This document shows positions 29,170 through 39,179 of a stretch of 64,000 bases of DNA, piece by piece. Source of the DNA: Desulfosudaceae bacterium (lineage in GTDB: Bacteria > Desulfobacterota > Desulfobacteria > Desulfobacterales > Desulfosudaceae). The notes beneath the pieces are model-generated. The model made no database searches. It worked only from the letters and a program-made list of their open reading frames with translations, and was not told the DNA's origin. A program made the position numbers and the translations under genes. How positions within the stretch are numbered: the stretch's first letter is position 1; each line of letters starts with the position of its first letter. The stretch covers positions 928,001 to 992,000 of the forward strand of contig CAXXDV010000003.1 of NCBI GenBank assembly GCA_963674745.2, written 5' to 3'.

Positions 29170-30894
29170 ATGACACAAAAGTTTGAATTTTCTGAAAATA
29201 TTAAAAACAGTTATCTCCTGGCGGCAACTGTTTTTGTCCTTTTGACACTCCTGGCCGCATTCATGTTTTTGCCCCTGTTTACCCCTGGAGAACCGGTCAA
29301 AGCCATTCCCCTTTCCGGAGAGTGGAAAATATCATTAAATGATTCAATTGATTACTCCTTTTTAGCGTATGATGATACCGGCTGGGATACGATTTCGCTG
29401 CCCGGAGAAATCGTTCCCTATGCCATTGAAAAACAAAACAAAGTCAGGGGAACCTGCTGGCTTCGAAAAACGTTTTATTTAGATGATGCCGAAGGCGACT
29501 ACGGGCTTATTCTGGGCAGAATTGCCAATGCCGATGAAACATATTTGAATGGTGAAAAAATAGGTGGTATGGGGCAGTTCCCGCCCCATGAATTTTCCAT
29601 GTGGAACTTTCCCAGAAATTACCTTCTGCCGGACAAACATTTACGAAGAGGAGCCAGGAACATTATTGCCGTCAGGGTGTCTTTCAATGTCATCGGCGAG
29701 GTGATCGGCAAACTGATGGTGACGGACGCGGATTACTTCAAGCGATACCTCCCATTTTCCCGGTTCATTCATGTTTCCATGGGATATGCCACCATGAGTA
29801 TCGCACTGGTTTTGATACTGGTTTTTTTGTTTTCCCGTCTGAAACAATTGTCGTTTAATGAAAATTTTTATTATTTTCTCCAGTTTTTTGCGGGACTTCC
29901 GGCTGTGCTGGATCTTTGCCTGACCTGGGAAATATACCCGGATCATGTCACCCGTTTGAAAGTGCTCGGTCTGTCCTGGGTGGCCATCAATCTTTTTCAT
30001 CCCGCTTTTCTGCACCGTTTCTACCGGCTGAAAAGAATCTGGCCGGAAAGAATTTTATGGGGATACTTCATTTTCTGTGTGATCATGGCAATTTTTTTTA
30101 CCCATCAGGACAATATCCGTTTCTGGGGAAGACTGCTGATCGTCGGCACCTGGTTTATCGGGTTCTACAACATGTCCTGCCATATCGAAGCGCTGTTCAG
30201 AAGAAGGGAGTATGCTAAAATTTTCAGTGTATTCGGTTTTATCGTTATCCTGGCATCCATGAATGACGGCCTGATTTATTTTAATAAGTATGTTGATTTT
30301 GATATTTCTTTTTTCGGCTGGACGCCAACGGTCATGGTGCTGCAATTCGGTGCCGTTTTTCTGTATCTGGGGACATTTTTCGTCCTGGAAAATAAATATA
30401 AGGAGATGGTGGATGAAATTGATGACCTGAACCGGAACCTTGAAAATTTTATTATCGAAAACTCCCTGCTCAATAAAACACTTGAACAGAATCAGAACAA
30501 GTCAAGGAAGACGCCTATCGGTATTACCTTGCAGGCAGAAGAGAAAATCCTGGCGGTTATTGATATCATTCGGGAGAATTTTCTATCGGAATTGTCAAGG
30601 GCGGATCTGGCCGAGTCGGTGGGGGTTCACCCCGACAGCCTGGGAAAACAATTCAAGGACTATACCGGCAAAAAACTGGGGGATTTCATTTATGAACTTC
30701 GTATCCAGGAAGCTGCACGCAGGCTTCGGGAAACCGACGACAAAATAATCGCCATTGCCTTTGATGTTGGTTTTGACAGTCTGCGGACGTTTAACCGGAT
30801 TTTTCCCAAGTTTATGAACCTCACACCAGCCCAATACAGGCAGCAAAACCGGAATGATCAGGCGGTCGTTAACGAAAAACCGGAAGTGGCATAA
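29170..30894 (+). CDS. Membrane-bound AraC family regulator with a periplasmic jelly-roll domain and a multi-TM region
   Basis: LSGEWK...DDTGWDTISLPG...WLRKTF...DETYLNGEKIG; several TM segments; C-terminal IAFDVGFDSLRTFNRIF...TPAQYR. Confidence 0.88.
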   Translation: MTQKFEFSENIKNSYLLAATVFVLLTLLAAFMFLPLFTPGEPVKAIPLSGEWKISLNDSIDYSFLAYDDTGWDTISLPGEIVPYAIEKQNKVRGTCWLRKTFYLDDAEGDYGLILGRIANADETYLNGEKIGGMGQFPPHEFSMWNFPRNYLLPDKHLRRGARNIIAVRVSFNVIGEVIGKLMVTDADYFKRYLPFSRFIHVSMGYATMSIALVLILVFLFSRLKQLSFNENFYYFLQFFAGLPAVLDLCLTWEIYPDHVTRLKVLGLSWVAINLFHPAFLHRFYRLKRIWPERILWGYFIFCVIMAIFFTHQDNIRFWGRLLIVGTWFIGFYNMSCHIEALFRRREYAKIFSVFGFIVILASMNDGLIYFNKYVDFDISFFGWTPTVMVLQFGAVFLYLGTFFVLENKYKEMVDEIDDLNRNLENFIIENSLLNKTLEQNQNKSRKTPIGITLQAEEKILAVIDIIRENFLSELSRADLAESVGVHPDSLGKQFKDYTGKKLGDFIYELRIQEAARRLRETDDKIIAIAFDVGFDSLRTFNRIFPKFMNLTPAQYRQQNRNDQAVVNEKPEVA

Positions 30895-30977
30895 AAACCT
30901 GTTGCTTTGGCCAGGGGCGGGTTATAATAAAAAAAGCCCTTAGTAAATTGACTTGAACCGATAAAAAAGGATTTCAA

Positions 30978-31235
30978 ATGTTTGTATGGGAAGAGCTGGA
31001 ACCGAGAGTATCGTATCTTTCCGGTAAAGTGGGCAAAGCCGCTCCTCTTTACAGGGCTAAAGTACCGGGCGGCTGGATTATCTGTCTGCTGGCCGGTGTG
31101 CCTCAAGGCGGTGGTGCCGGCGGTCTGGCCTTTTTACCGGATCCGGACCATAAATGGGACGGTTCTTCTCTGGACTGGGAATCCTTTACATCGTCATCAT
31201 CGTCCGGCGACGGTAATAAAAACCTTAATGGATGA
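30978..31235 (+). CDS. Small hypothetical protein (RAKVPGGW...PDPDHKW)
   Basis: 85-aa ORF with AAGGA RBS and a motif-like core. Confidence 0.6.
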   Translation: MFVWEELEPRVSYLSGKVGKAAPLYRAKVPGGWIICLLAGVPQGGGAGGLAFLPDPDHKWDGSSLDWESFTSSSSSGDGNKNLNG

Positions 31236-31238
31236 AGA

Positions 31239-31481
31239 TCAGGATGAGGCCGGCCTGATCGCATCGGCCAGCATTTTTTTAAGACCGGTGAGGGTGCCTT
31301 TCCAGCTGGTCTGTTCATCGATCATGATGGCCACGATAACGTCCTTTTCGGCGCTGACTTCCATTACAATTTCATTGTCCCCGATGGTAAAGACCGCTTC
31401 TCCCCAGTGTTCGGCGGGCAGGCCGGTGGCTTCACAATCGTAATCCGTGCGAACATCCGCTGTCATTCGTATCTCACTCAT
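31239..31481 (-). CDS. Small acidic hypothetical protein
   Basis: 80-aa ORF with GAGG RBS, protein-like composition, convergent with the previous gene. Confidence 0.7.
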   Translation of the reverse strand: MSEIRMTADVRTDYDCEATGLPAEHWGEAVFTIGDNEIVMEVSAEKDVIVAIMIDEQTSWKGTLTGLKKMLADAIRPASS

Positions 31482-31627
31482 AATTAACCTCTTTTTTGTT
31501 TAAGGGCATCTCTAAAAATTGCTTTAAATCTATTACCCACGCCATTTCCGGTTTCCGCTCGGTTTCTATTTTTATGTCACAAAATACATTCCATGCCAGC
31601 CTGGACATATTCCAAAATTCTCAGTCA

Positions 31628-33193
31628 TTAATAAGGGAAAAATACAAAACCAGGAAAATCCTTGAACATCATTTGATTCTCTTCAGCATATTTCATCCGG
31701 TACGCTACCCATCTATAGTCGACAGGGAAAGCAATAAACGCCATGTCTTGGGGCAGACATTCCTGATAATGATTATTGGAGACCCTGAAGCCGGCCTTAT
31801 TCCAATCGAAAATGCCCACTAAACAATGATAAGTTTTCGCCTCTGCCATCTGACTGGACAAAGGGTTGAATGGAAAATAAACTTTGCCCGGATATTTTTT
31901 CGCCAATAAATAGGCCTGGCTATGAATATCATGACGGAGCGCTGTCGCAAGATCAAATGAATTCCTTATGGATGTCGCTTGCAGGAAAACCAGGCCAACC
32001 ATCAAAATAACAAAAGTACCCAGACAGAATTTCTGGAAATTTCTTAAAAGACCGTTGCCGTTATTACCGCCAAGCGCGTACTTATACAGAAAAAGGCAAA
32101 ATGCCGTTACTAGAAAATACAGCATGGGGCTGTAGGCGTTTTCAGCACCGCCCACTTTAACCCGTAAAAGCACCGAAACGGGAAACATGAATACAGAAAC
32201 CAAAAGGAAAATACACCAGGGGTTTTCATTAATTAATGTTTTTCTATTCAATTGGACACCAGCTTTGCGGCAGACGATTAACAGGTAAACCAGACAAAGC
32301 GTGAGGAATGAGAAAAAAAACCAGGACTGAGCCAAAACATCTTTTGTCACACCCAATAATGCCAGAAGGCGATTGTCTTTAATCCACGGCGTGTGGGCGG
32401 GAATCAAAAAGGTGTTAAAAAAAAAGGCCCGGGCATCGGATACCCACAAGGTTAAACCTCCAAGTAATGCCATAAACACAAAGAAATAAAGCAAGTACTG
32501 ACAAGCCTCCTTTCTTCCTTCAGAGAGGCAAATATAAACAAACAAGGCTACCACCAGGGGAATGCTTGTCTGTTTGGATCCGATCGAGAGGGCTGTAAAA
32601 AGGGCTGACAATTCATAAGTTAACCCTTTGGCATGTTTTTGCTTCTTTGCGTAAAGGAAGAGACAGGCCATCCCGGCGAATCCCAGGGTCGGCGCATCAG
32701 CGTGGATCGTAAACGCCGAATAGGTCAAACTCTCCATGTTTGTGGTAAACAAACAAAACAAAACAAAAAAACCAAGAGTCAGAAGAAACCGTCGCGGGTG
32801 ATTATTAGTTTTTAATAATAATGTCATTAACACCGGCAATAAATATAGAAAAACACTGATGGCGGACGCACCCATCAGGCAAAGATTGATCGAAGGGAGC
32901 AACAATGCGGGCAAATAGACAAAAGGGGTTACCGGTCCGTACATTTGTGACAGTATTGGACCGGTTTTATAGGGATAAAGGTCGTCACCCAAAAGAATTG
33001 AATAGCTCCAGGAAAGTCTGACGCCGTTCCAACACCCCTCGGAGATATAATATCCGATTCCCCCCTTGTGGGGGACCTTATGCCGATCTAGAGGCGCACT
33101 CATTATTTCCTGAATGATCAGGATGGCGGAAAAAATCAATGCCACTAAAATTAAATACCGGATGTATGAAACAGACTTCGTGTAAGCATTCAA
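31628..33193 (-). CDS. Polytopic membrane protein, probable GT-C fold glycosyltransferase
   Basis: Many TM segments, YGPVTP loop, HAD and SKQT motifs resembling ArnT/PMT-like proteins; AT-rich. Confidence 0.6.
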   Translation of the reverse strand: MNAYTKSVSYIRYLILVALIFSAILIIQEIMSAPLDRHKVPHKGGIGYYISEGCWNGVRLSWSYSILLGDDLYPYKTGPILSQMYGPVTPFVYLPALLLPSINLCLMGASAISVFLYLLPVLMTLLLKTNNHPRRFLLTLGFFVLFCLFTTNMESLTYSAFTIHADAPTLGFAGMACLFLYAKKQKHAKGLTYELSALFTALSIGSKQTSIPLVVALFVYICLSEGRKEACQYLLYFFVFMALLGGLTLWVSDARAFFFNTFLIPAHTPWIKDNRLLALLGVTKDVLAQSWFFFSFLTLCLVYLLIVCRKAGVQLNRKTLINENPWCIFLLVSVFMFPVSVLLRVKVGGAENAYSPMLYFLVTAFCLFLYKYALGGNNGNGLLRNFQKFCLGTFVILMVGLVFLQATSIRNSFDLATALRHDIHSQAYLLAKKYPGKVYFPFNPLSSQMAEAKTYHCLVGIFDWNKAGFRVSNNHYQECLPQDMAFIAFPVDYRWVAYRMKYAEENQMMFKDFPGFVFFPY

Positions 33194-33252
33194 TTCAATT
33201 GACTCGTTATTTTAGGCGTTTTTTTGATTTGTGACATGGCAGAACAAAGGGC

Positions 33253-33909
33253 TTGATAACTCCGTGCGGATTGTCTTCAGAAGCAATACACACACCTCTC
33301 CGGCATCAGACGGTCGATCAAGGCCTCCAAAAGCATGGGGCACGCTCTTTTTTTTCTATAGCAAGACCGTCCTTGAGTGTCAATATGTCACTGGCCACCA
33401 TATGCATTTTGAAGGGCTTTTCAAAAAAGGGCGTCAAGGCCGAAGCAATCCTCAACCAGGCGGAAAAACTCAAATACACCTGCCCGTTTTACTGGACGGT
33501 ATATCAAACAACTGCGTTGGGTTTAAGGTTTGATAGAGCCAGATATGAAAATATATATTCTAAGGCAATTGCCGCCGAACCATGCAACTATATATACTTT
33601 TTTCAAAAAGCAAAATACCTGCTCAACAGATGGTTTGGTGAAGATGGAGAGTGGGAAAGATTTGCTTTGACTGTTGCCGATAGCACAGGTGGAGAGAAAG
33701 GAGACATTCTCTATGCACGAATTGTATGGTATATCATGACCTATTTTGATTTACGTGATCATAATACACGTATTAATTGGGATCGAGTGCAAAGAGGCTT
33801 TGATCTCATTCATAACATAAAACAGCCGGAACCAAATCAAGAGCATAAAGATACTGGCATTGTTTACAGTCTAATTAATTTCAAAGATGTAAAATACCAG
33901 GCAATTTAA
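33253..33909 (+). pseudogene. Decayed DUF4034-like gene (C-terminal part intact)
   Basis: CPFYW...ALG...AIAAEP...YLLNRWFGEDGEWERFA...YARIVW; no credible start, and the upstream part appears in another frame. Confidence 0.5.
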
Positions 33910-34703
33910 CACAGCATGTTGCTAATAAAGGGAATACTGATACATTGTCGCCGATTAATGGTTGACTTGCCTTTTTTAAAGTTAGCATTGGCGGCCGAGC
34001 CTGGGTCATCTATCAATCCAAAGACGGTTGGAACCGTGAACTCACCGCTTGCGAGGGCCGCAGGATCTTGTCGGCAGAGAAGTGAACGGGAATTCGTTGT
34101 TGACGAATGGCAATCTGAGTGTGCACTTAGATGTACATCTCATAATGGAGAAAAAGCATGAAAGAACTCAGCTGAAAAACAGGGCAAAGCCCTGTTGTCT
34201 TCGTATCAGATATTCACTTTGGAGCCAATCGAGAAGAAGACGTGGCTTCATTTGTTAAGGATGCCTTAAACCCGGATATCAATCCGGACAGGCAGGTGAT
34301 CATCGTAGGCGATATTACCCGGAATGCCACGGAAGACGAATTTAAGACCTCAGAAACGTTTATCCTGCAATTACTTGACGGAGATCTGAAACTTGTTTTT
34401 TCCCTGCAGTTTGCTCCAGGGTCGAATCATTATGTTTGAGCGAAATATTCGGGTTAGCGTTTTGATCTTTATTGATAATCAGAAATAATCTGTCTTGCAT
34501 GTGCAGCCAGGTGGCTGGTGCCAAACACGACTCGTGAAATATCCGGGGCCGGGGAGCCAGGTCACCTTGCCAACAGCCTGTCCCTTTGCTATCATTCTAA
34601 ATTAAAAACTGATTTCAACCTTGATTTTCTTAAAAAATATGTTAAAACAAAAAAAGATAGTATCTTTTTTGGGGGCGTCCAACACTAATACTGAAGGGGT
34701 TGC

Positions 34704-37340
34704 ATGAAGAAAATTCTCTCCGTAAGTGTAGATACGCTTATACTTAACAAAATCTCCAGCCTGCTTCGAAAACACGAACACGCCAGTAATTATGATATCC
34801 TTACGGCGGAAAGCCTTCAGGAAGCTGATACCACACTCAAAAAGACAAAAATCGATATTGTTATTATCGACTTGTTCGCCCCCTCCACGAGCGACCTTGA
34901 ATTACTCAAAACGATCACGAAAAATAACGCTCGTATTCCTTTTATCGTTATGACCTTCTTTGAATCCGGTGAGATTGAGTCCACCATCAGGTCCATTCGC
35001 GAAATTCGATACTTTGAAAAGCCGGTCGATTTTACGGCCCTGACAGACAAAGTGGTGCAGGAAATGGCAGGTGGCGTCGGCGGCGTCTTTCATGGCATCA
35101 GCCTGGCTTCTTTTCTCCAGATGTCGGAAATCGAAGGCGCCTCCTGTACGCTGAAGGTAAAAGCAGGGGGACAGGAAGACGGTCGACTCTATTTGCAAAA
35201 CGGCACCCTGGTAGCGGCGGCGGCCGGGGCCGTCAGCGGAGAAGAAGCTGTATACGAAATACTCGGCTGGAACAGGCCGACGATCGAGATTGATTATCCC
35301 GACCTGAACATTTCCAGGGAAATTGATCAGCCGCTGATGCACCTCCTGATGGAAATGACGAGACGACAAGATGCAAAAGTCGGTAAGGTCGTACACCAAT
35401 CCGGTAAGATCAGTTACAGACCGGTGCAGGACGGAGATACGGCAGATACCCGGGAAGACACCGAAAAAATGCAGGCTGTCATCGAAAAACAGAAAGCCGC
35501 TGCCGAGAAAAAAAAGGCTGCTGCTCAAAAAAAGCAGGCTGACATCCAAAAACAGAAAGCCGCTGCCGAGAAAAAGAAGGCTGCTGCTGAAAAAAATCAG
35601 GCTGACATCCAAAAACAGAAGGCCGCTGCTGAAAAAGAAAAAGTCGCCCTCGAAAAACAGAAAGCCGCTGCCGAGAAAAAGAAGGCTGCTGCTGAAAAAA
35701 ATCAGGCTGACATCCAAAAACAGAAAGCCGCTGCCGAGAAAAAGAAGGCCGCTGCCCCCCGGGAGGCGCAGGAAAGCCCGCCCGCTGAGCCGGCTGAAAA
35801 AACCAGGGCCGAATCGGATAAAGCCCCGGCTGCCGATGAACCTCGGGCCACCGGGACCATCATTCCGTGGTGGAAAAGCAAAAAGTTTCGCTATAGCATC
35901 ATTGCGGGAATATCGGGTTTCGTCTGTCTGGGGCTTCTTGCCTTTTTCTTTTCGAGCTCTGGCGAACAATCCCCCGGTGAAGATGCCGTCAAACCGTTGA
36001 AGACCGTCGAGGCGGTACGGGGCAAGCTTCCCGTCGCGAATGCCGGCAATACGGATCGATCCCCCGGTAAAGATGCCGTCAAACCCTTGACTTCAGGGAC
36101 CGCCGAGACGGCACGGGTCAAGCTTCCCGTCGATAATACCGTCACTGCGGGACGTTTCTATGTAAACACAAATTATAAAGACGCTACCATTACGCTTCCT
36201 GACATCAAACAAGAATACAGCCCCGGCATGCGGCTGGCACCGGGTAAATATAAAGTAATCGCAACGGCACCAAACCACGCGCCAATAGAAAAAACCGCTA
36301 TTGTCTCAGCAGGAACTGACAACAAAGTCGACATAGCGTTTCCCCCTGATCTGGGTACCCTCTATGTTACTACCAAACCATCCGGTGCCGTTATCAAAAT
36401 AATGAATTATGATAAGGAATTTCAACAGGGGATAGAACTACCGGCAGGTAAGTACCAGATTGACGCTGAATCAGGCTTTGCCAGGGCAAGTGAATGGGTC
36501 ACCGTTTCAGCTAATGAGAAAAACAGCGTATCCTTATCGTTAACCCAGGCTGAAGTCTTTACAAACTCCCTGGGTATGAACTTCAAATGGATCGGTCCCG
36601 GAAGTTTTACGATTGGCAGCCCGACAACTGAAACCGGGCGTGCCATGGACGAATATCAGCACAAGGTTACCATAAGCAAGGGGTTCTACATTCAAACCAC
36701 AGAGGTAACCCAGAAACAGTGGGCCAGGCTGATGGGCAACAATCCATCTTATTTTACAGGTTGCGGCGATAACTGCCCTGTGGAAAATATTTCCTGGCTG
36801 GGTGCCCAGGAATTCATAAAAAAATTAAAAGCAAAATATAACATGAATTACGATATGCCCACGGAAGCGGAGTGGGAATATGCCTGCCGCGCCGGAAGCA
36901 AAACAGCCATATATACCGGCCCCCTGAGCATCTTGAGTCTTAATACCGGCGTGGAATTGGAGCCTATTGCCTGGTATGGCGGAAATAGCTGTGCGGATTA
37001 CTCCGGGGCCGATGACTGCTCCGACCGAAAAGGTGCGAAGATCAAATGCCAGCGCTGCGGAACACAACCTGTTGGAACGAAAAAACCCAATGCCTGGGGT
37101 TTATATGATATGCTGGGCAATGTCTGGGAATGGTGTTCAGACTGGTATAACAATTTTCCCGGCGGTTATAATACAGGCCCTGTTACAGATCCCAGGGGAC
37201 CGTCCGTAGGCACACACCGCATAATCAGGGGGGGGGGCTGGTTTAGCGGGGCTGCACAATGCCGGTCAGCATTCCATGACAGGAGTGCGCCCACCGCTAC
37301 GAGTAAGGGCGTGGGGCTTCGGGTAATTATACGCGACTAA
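34704..37340 (+). CDS. Receiver + DUF4388/PATAN + coiled-coil repeat + TM + PEGA-like + FGE-sulfatase (SUMF1) domain protein
   Basis: IVIID...FEKPVD receiver; GISLASFLQM...GRLYLQNG; TEVTQKQW, PTEAEWEYACRAG, NAWGLYDMLGNVWEWC, RGGGW. Confidence 0.88.
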   Translation: MKKILSVSVDTLILNKISSLLRKHEHASNYDILTAESLQEADTTLKKTKIDIVIIDLFAPSTSDLELLKTITKNNARIPFIVMTFFESGEIESTIRSIREIRYFEKPVDFTALTDKVVQEMAGGVGGVFHGISLASFLQMSEIEGASCTLKVKAGGQEDGRLYLQNGTLVAAAAGAVSGEEAVYEILGWNRPTIEIDYPDLNISREIDQPLMHLLMEMTRRQDAKVGKVVHQSGKISYRPVQDGDTADTREDTEKMQAVIEKQKAAAEKKKAAAQKKQADIQKQKAAAEKKKAAAEKNQADIQKQKAAAEKEKVALEKQKAAAEKKKAAAEKNQADIQKQKAAAEKKKAAAPREAQESPPAEPAEKTRAESDKAPAADEPRATGTIIPWWKSKKFRYSIIAGISGFVCLGLLAFFFSSSGEQSPGEDAVKPLKTVEAVRGKLPVANAGNTDRSPGKDAVKPLTSGTAETARVKLPVDNTVTAGRFYVNTNYKDATITLPDIKQEYSPGMRLAPGKYKVIATAPNHAPIEKTAIVSAGTDNKVDIAFPPDLGTLYVTTKPSGAVIKIMNYDKEFQQGIELPAGKYQIDAESGFARASEWVTVSANEKNSVSLSLTQAEVFTNSLGMNFKWIGPGSFTIGSPTTETGRAMDEYQHKVTISKGFYIQTTEVTQKQWARLMGNNPSYFTGCGDNCPVENISWLGAQEFIKKLKAKYNMNYDMPTEAEWEYACRAGSKTAIYTGPLSILSLNTGVELEPIAWYGGNSCADYSGADDCSDRKGAKIKCQRCGTQPVGTKKPNAWGLYDMLGNVWEWCSDWYNNFPGGYNTGPVTDPRGPSVGTHRIIRGGGWFSGAAQCRSAFHDRSAPTATSKGVGLRVIIRD
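35485..35755 (+). repeat. Intragenic 21-nt (heptad) tandem repeats with a 63-nt higher-order unit
   Basis: Encodes KQKAAAE/KKKAAAE/KNQADIQ repeats. Confidence 0.9.
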
Positions 37341-37341
37341 A

Positions 37342-39135
37342 CTAATACATGTAAGGATCTCCTGGATATGCCCTGAAACTGTATTTCATGGGTCCGGACA
37401 TCTTTTTGGTAGACATGAAAGAAAGTATGCCTCCCAGGGCATTCATGCTTTTCATCTTCGGAATTACTGTCTCTCCCTCGAGCACCGCTTTTCCTGAGCA
37501 AAAATCAGCAACAGGACCTTTAAAAAATAGTTTCATCTCAACCGGGGTCGAGGTCCGTGCTTTTCCCCACCATTTTTTCACATGAAAATGGCTCTTTACG
37601 GTACCATTTATCGTAAAGGTTCCTATGCTGTTTAAAAATAAAGAACCTGTAAACGGCTCAAGCTGTTCCATCCTGAAACCTACTTTCATGGGAAGAAAGC
37701 CGACGCGTACTTTAACCTTGAATGGCGGCATATCAATACTGCCGTTTTCAAGTCTCTTGGAAGACAAATTTGCTCCGATAGACATTGTGGTTGTGTCCGG
37801 CAGTTTGACTTCCTGTTTCAAATTTTCAATCTCAACCATCCCGTCAACGTGCCAGTCTTTCATCTTGATCACAAAATCATCTTCCGGATTCTGTGCGTCA
37901 GATACAGGACGAACTCCGGTGCTGCACAATGTCGTCTCATCCAGAGGCGCGCCGTCAAATCTGTCTTTCATCCAGGCTATTGCGTATGGTGCCACCTGGA
38001 ACAGCGGGACCATATGCTCGGCCGTCGGAAACACCTGGAAAGAAACATCCATACCCATTTCGCAATAAGTCTCTTTTAAATCCAGGGCAGGATCCAGAGG
38101 AGAAAACGGATCGGCTGTCCCGTGATACAAATAAACAGGCGCGTTAATCGGGCTTTTGCCGAGCTTCATGCTCTCGACAATCGCGGACACCTCGGGGAAC
38201 ATTGTAATTAAATCATCTATATTAAGTTGATCATTTGTTAGGTCTTTGATTTTGATATGCATATATATTTTCAGCCCATCCCACACACACACATCCCTTG
38301 CGCCTTCAAAGGCTGCAAACCCCCCCTCATTTACAAGATCATACAACGGCACTTCATTGGGATACTGGTAATACAGCCCGGCTAAAAATGAAAATAAACA
38401 GACGGCTCCCGGTCCGCCGTCCATGACTCTTCCCACCTCTATGAGATCACAGGGAATACCGCCCGCGATAACACCAACCAGATTCAAATCAGGCATATAA
38501 GATGGTTGAAGCTGGCCCGCCCACGCTGCGGTCTGCGCGCCCACGTCGTATCCCCAGGTAACGACTTTGTCGCTAAAGCTGAACGGGGAGTACGGAATCT
38601 GCCTTGAAGCCTTAACGATATCCAATACGGCATAACCCTGGTTATAACCGTTACAGTATGATGGATACGCACCAGTGGTATATCCGGGATAATCACTTAT
38701 TACCACGGCGTAACCTGCTTTCAGAATGGCTATAATATTGTCGTTTTCCCAGTAGTTACCTGACCTGAGCTGAAAAGAAGGAGCGCATTTCTGACCAAGC
38801 CCTTGAGTGGAGGGGCAATAAATAACCACGTTCCCATGATCCCAGGCCACAGGCGCTATGACGGTACCTGTCACGGCGTTTGCCCTGCCAAGTGCATCAG
38901 AAGACCGATACATTATCTGCCATGAATCAAACGGGGGGGCTTCAGGAATCACGACCTTTGCTTTTATGGATCTGATAAGGTCACCATGAACGCCTGCCGG
39001 CAGTGGAGACGGCTCTGTGTAAAAAGACTTTACAGAGAAGCCCTTTTGGGATTCAGCAATGGCCGGAGCGGCGAACAGCAATGCCGATATTATTATCAAT
39101 AACAGGACCGCCGGAGACCTACTGATTCTTATCAT
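37342..39135 (-). CDS. Secretory lipase family (LIP-type) paralog 1, nucleophile motif GYDVG
   Basis: Signal peptide, YRSSD...VTGTV, CAPS, DYPGY, YLYHGTAD, AEH; 597 aa like the other two paralogs. Confidence 0.88.
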   Translation of the reverse strand: MIRISRSPAVLLLIIISALLFAAPAIAESQKGFSVKSFYTEPSPLPAGVHGDLIRSIKAKVVIPEAPPFDSWQIMYRSSDALGRANAVTGTVIAPVAWDHGNVVIYCPSTQGLGQKCAPSFQLRSGNYWENDNIIAILKAGYAVVISDYPGYTTGAYPSYCNGYNQGYAVLDIVKASRQIPYSPFSFSDKVVTWGYDVGAQTAAWAGQLQPSYMPDLNLVGVIAGGIPCDLIEVGRVMDGGPGAVCLFSFLAGLYYQYPNEVPLYDLVNEGGFAAFEGARDVCVWDGLKIYMHIKIKDLTNDQLNIDDLITMFPEVSAIVESMKLGKSPINAPVYLYHGTADPFSPLDPALDLKETYCEMGMDVSFQVFPTAEHMVPLFQVAPYAIAWMKDRFDGAPLDETTLCSTGVRPVSDAQNPEDDFVIKMKDWHVDGMVEIENLKQEVKLPDTTTMSIGANLSSKRLENGSIDMPPFKVKVRVGFLPMKVGFRMEQLEPFTGSLFLNSIGTFTINGTVKSHFHVKKWWGKARTSTPVEMKLFFKGPVADFCSGKAVLEGETVIPKMKSMNALGGILSFMSTKKMSGPMKYSFRAYPGDPYMY

Positions 39136-39179
39136 TTTATTCCCCCCTTATGCTGAATTGCTATTAACAACAGTCCGGA

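Noticed and set aside
33916..34439. Small ORFs 33916..34161, 34049..34258 and 34242..34439 as genes
   Set aside because: No motifs or convincing RBS; probably decayed sequence
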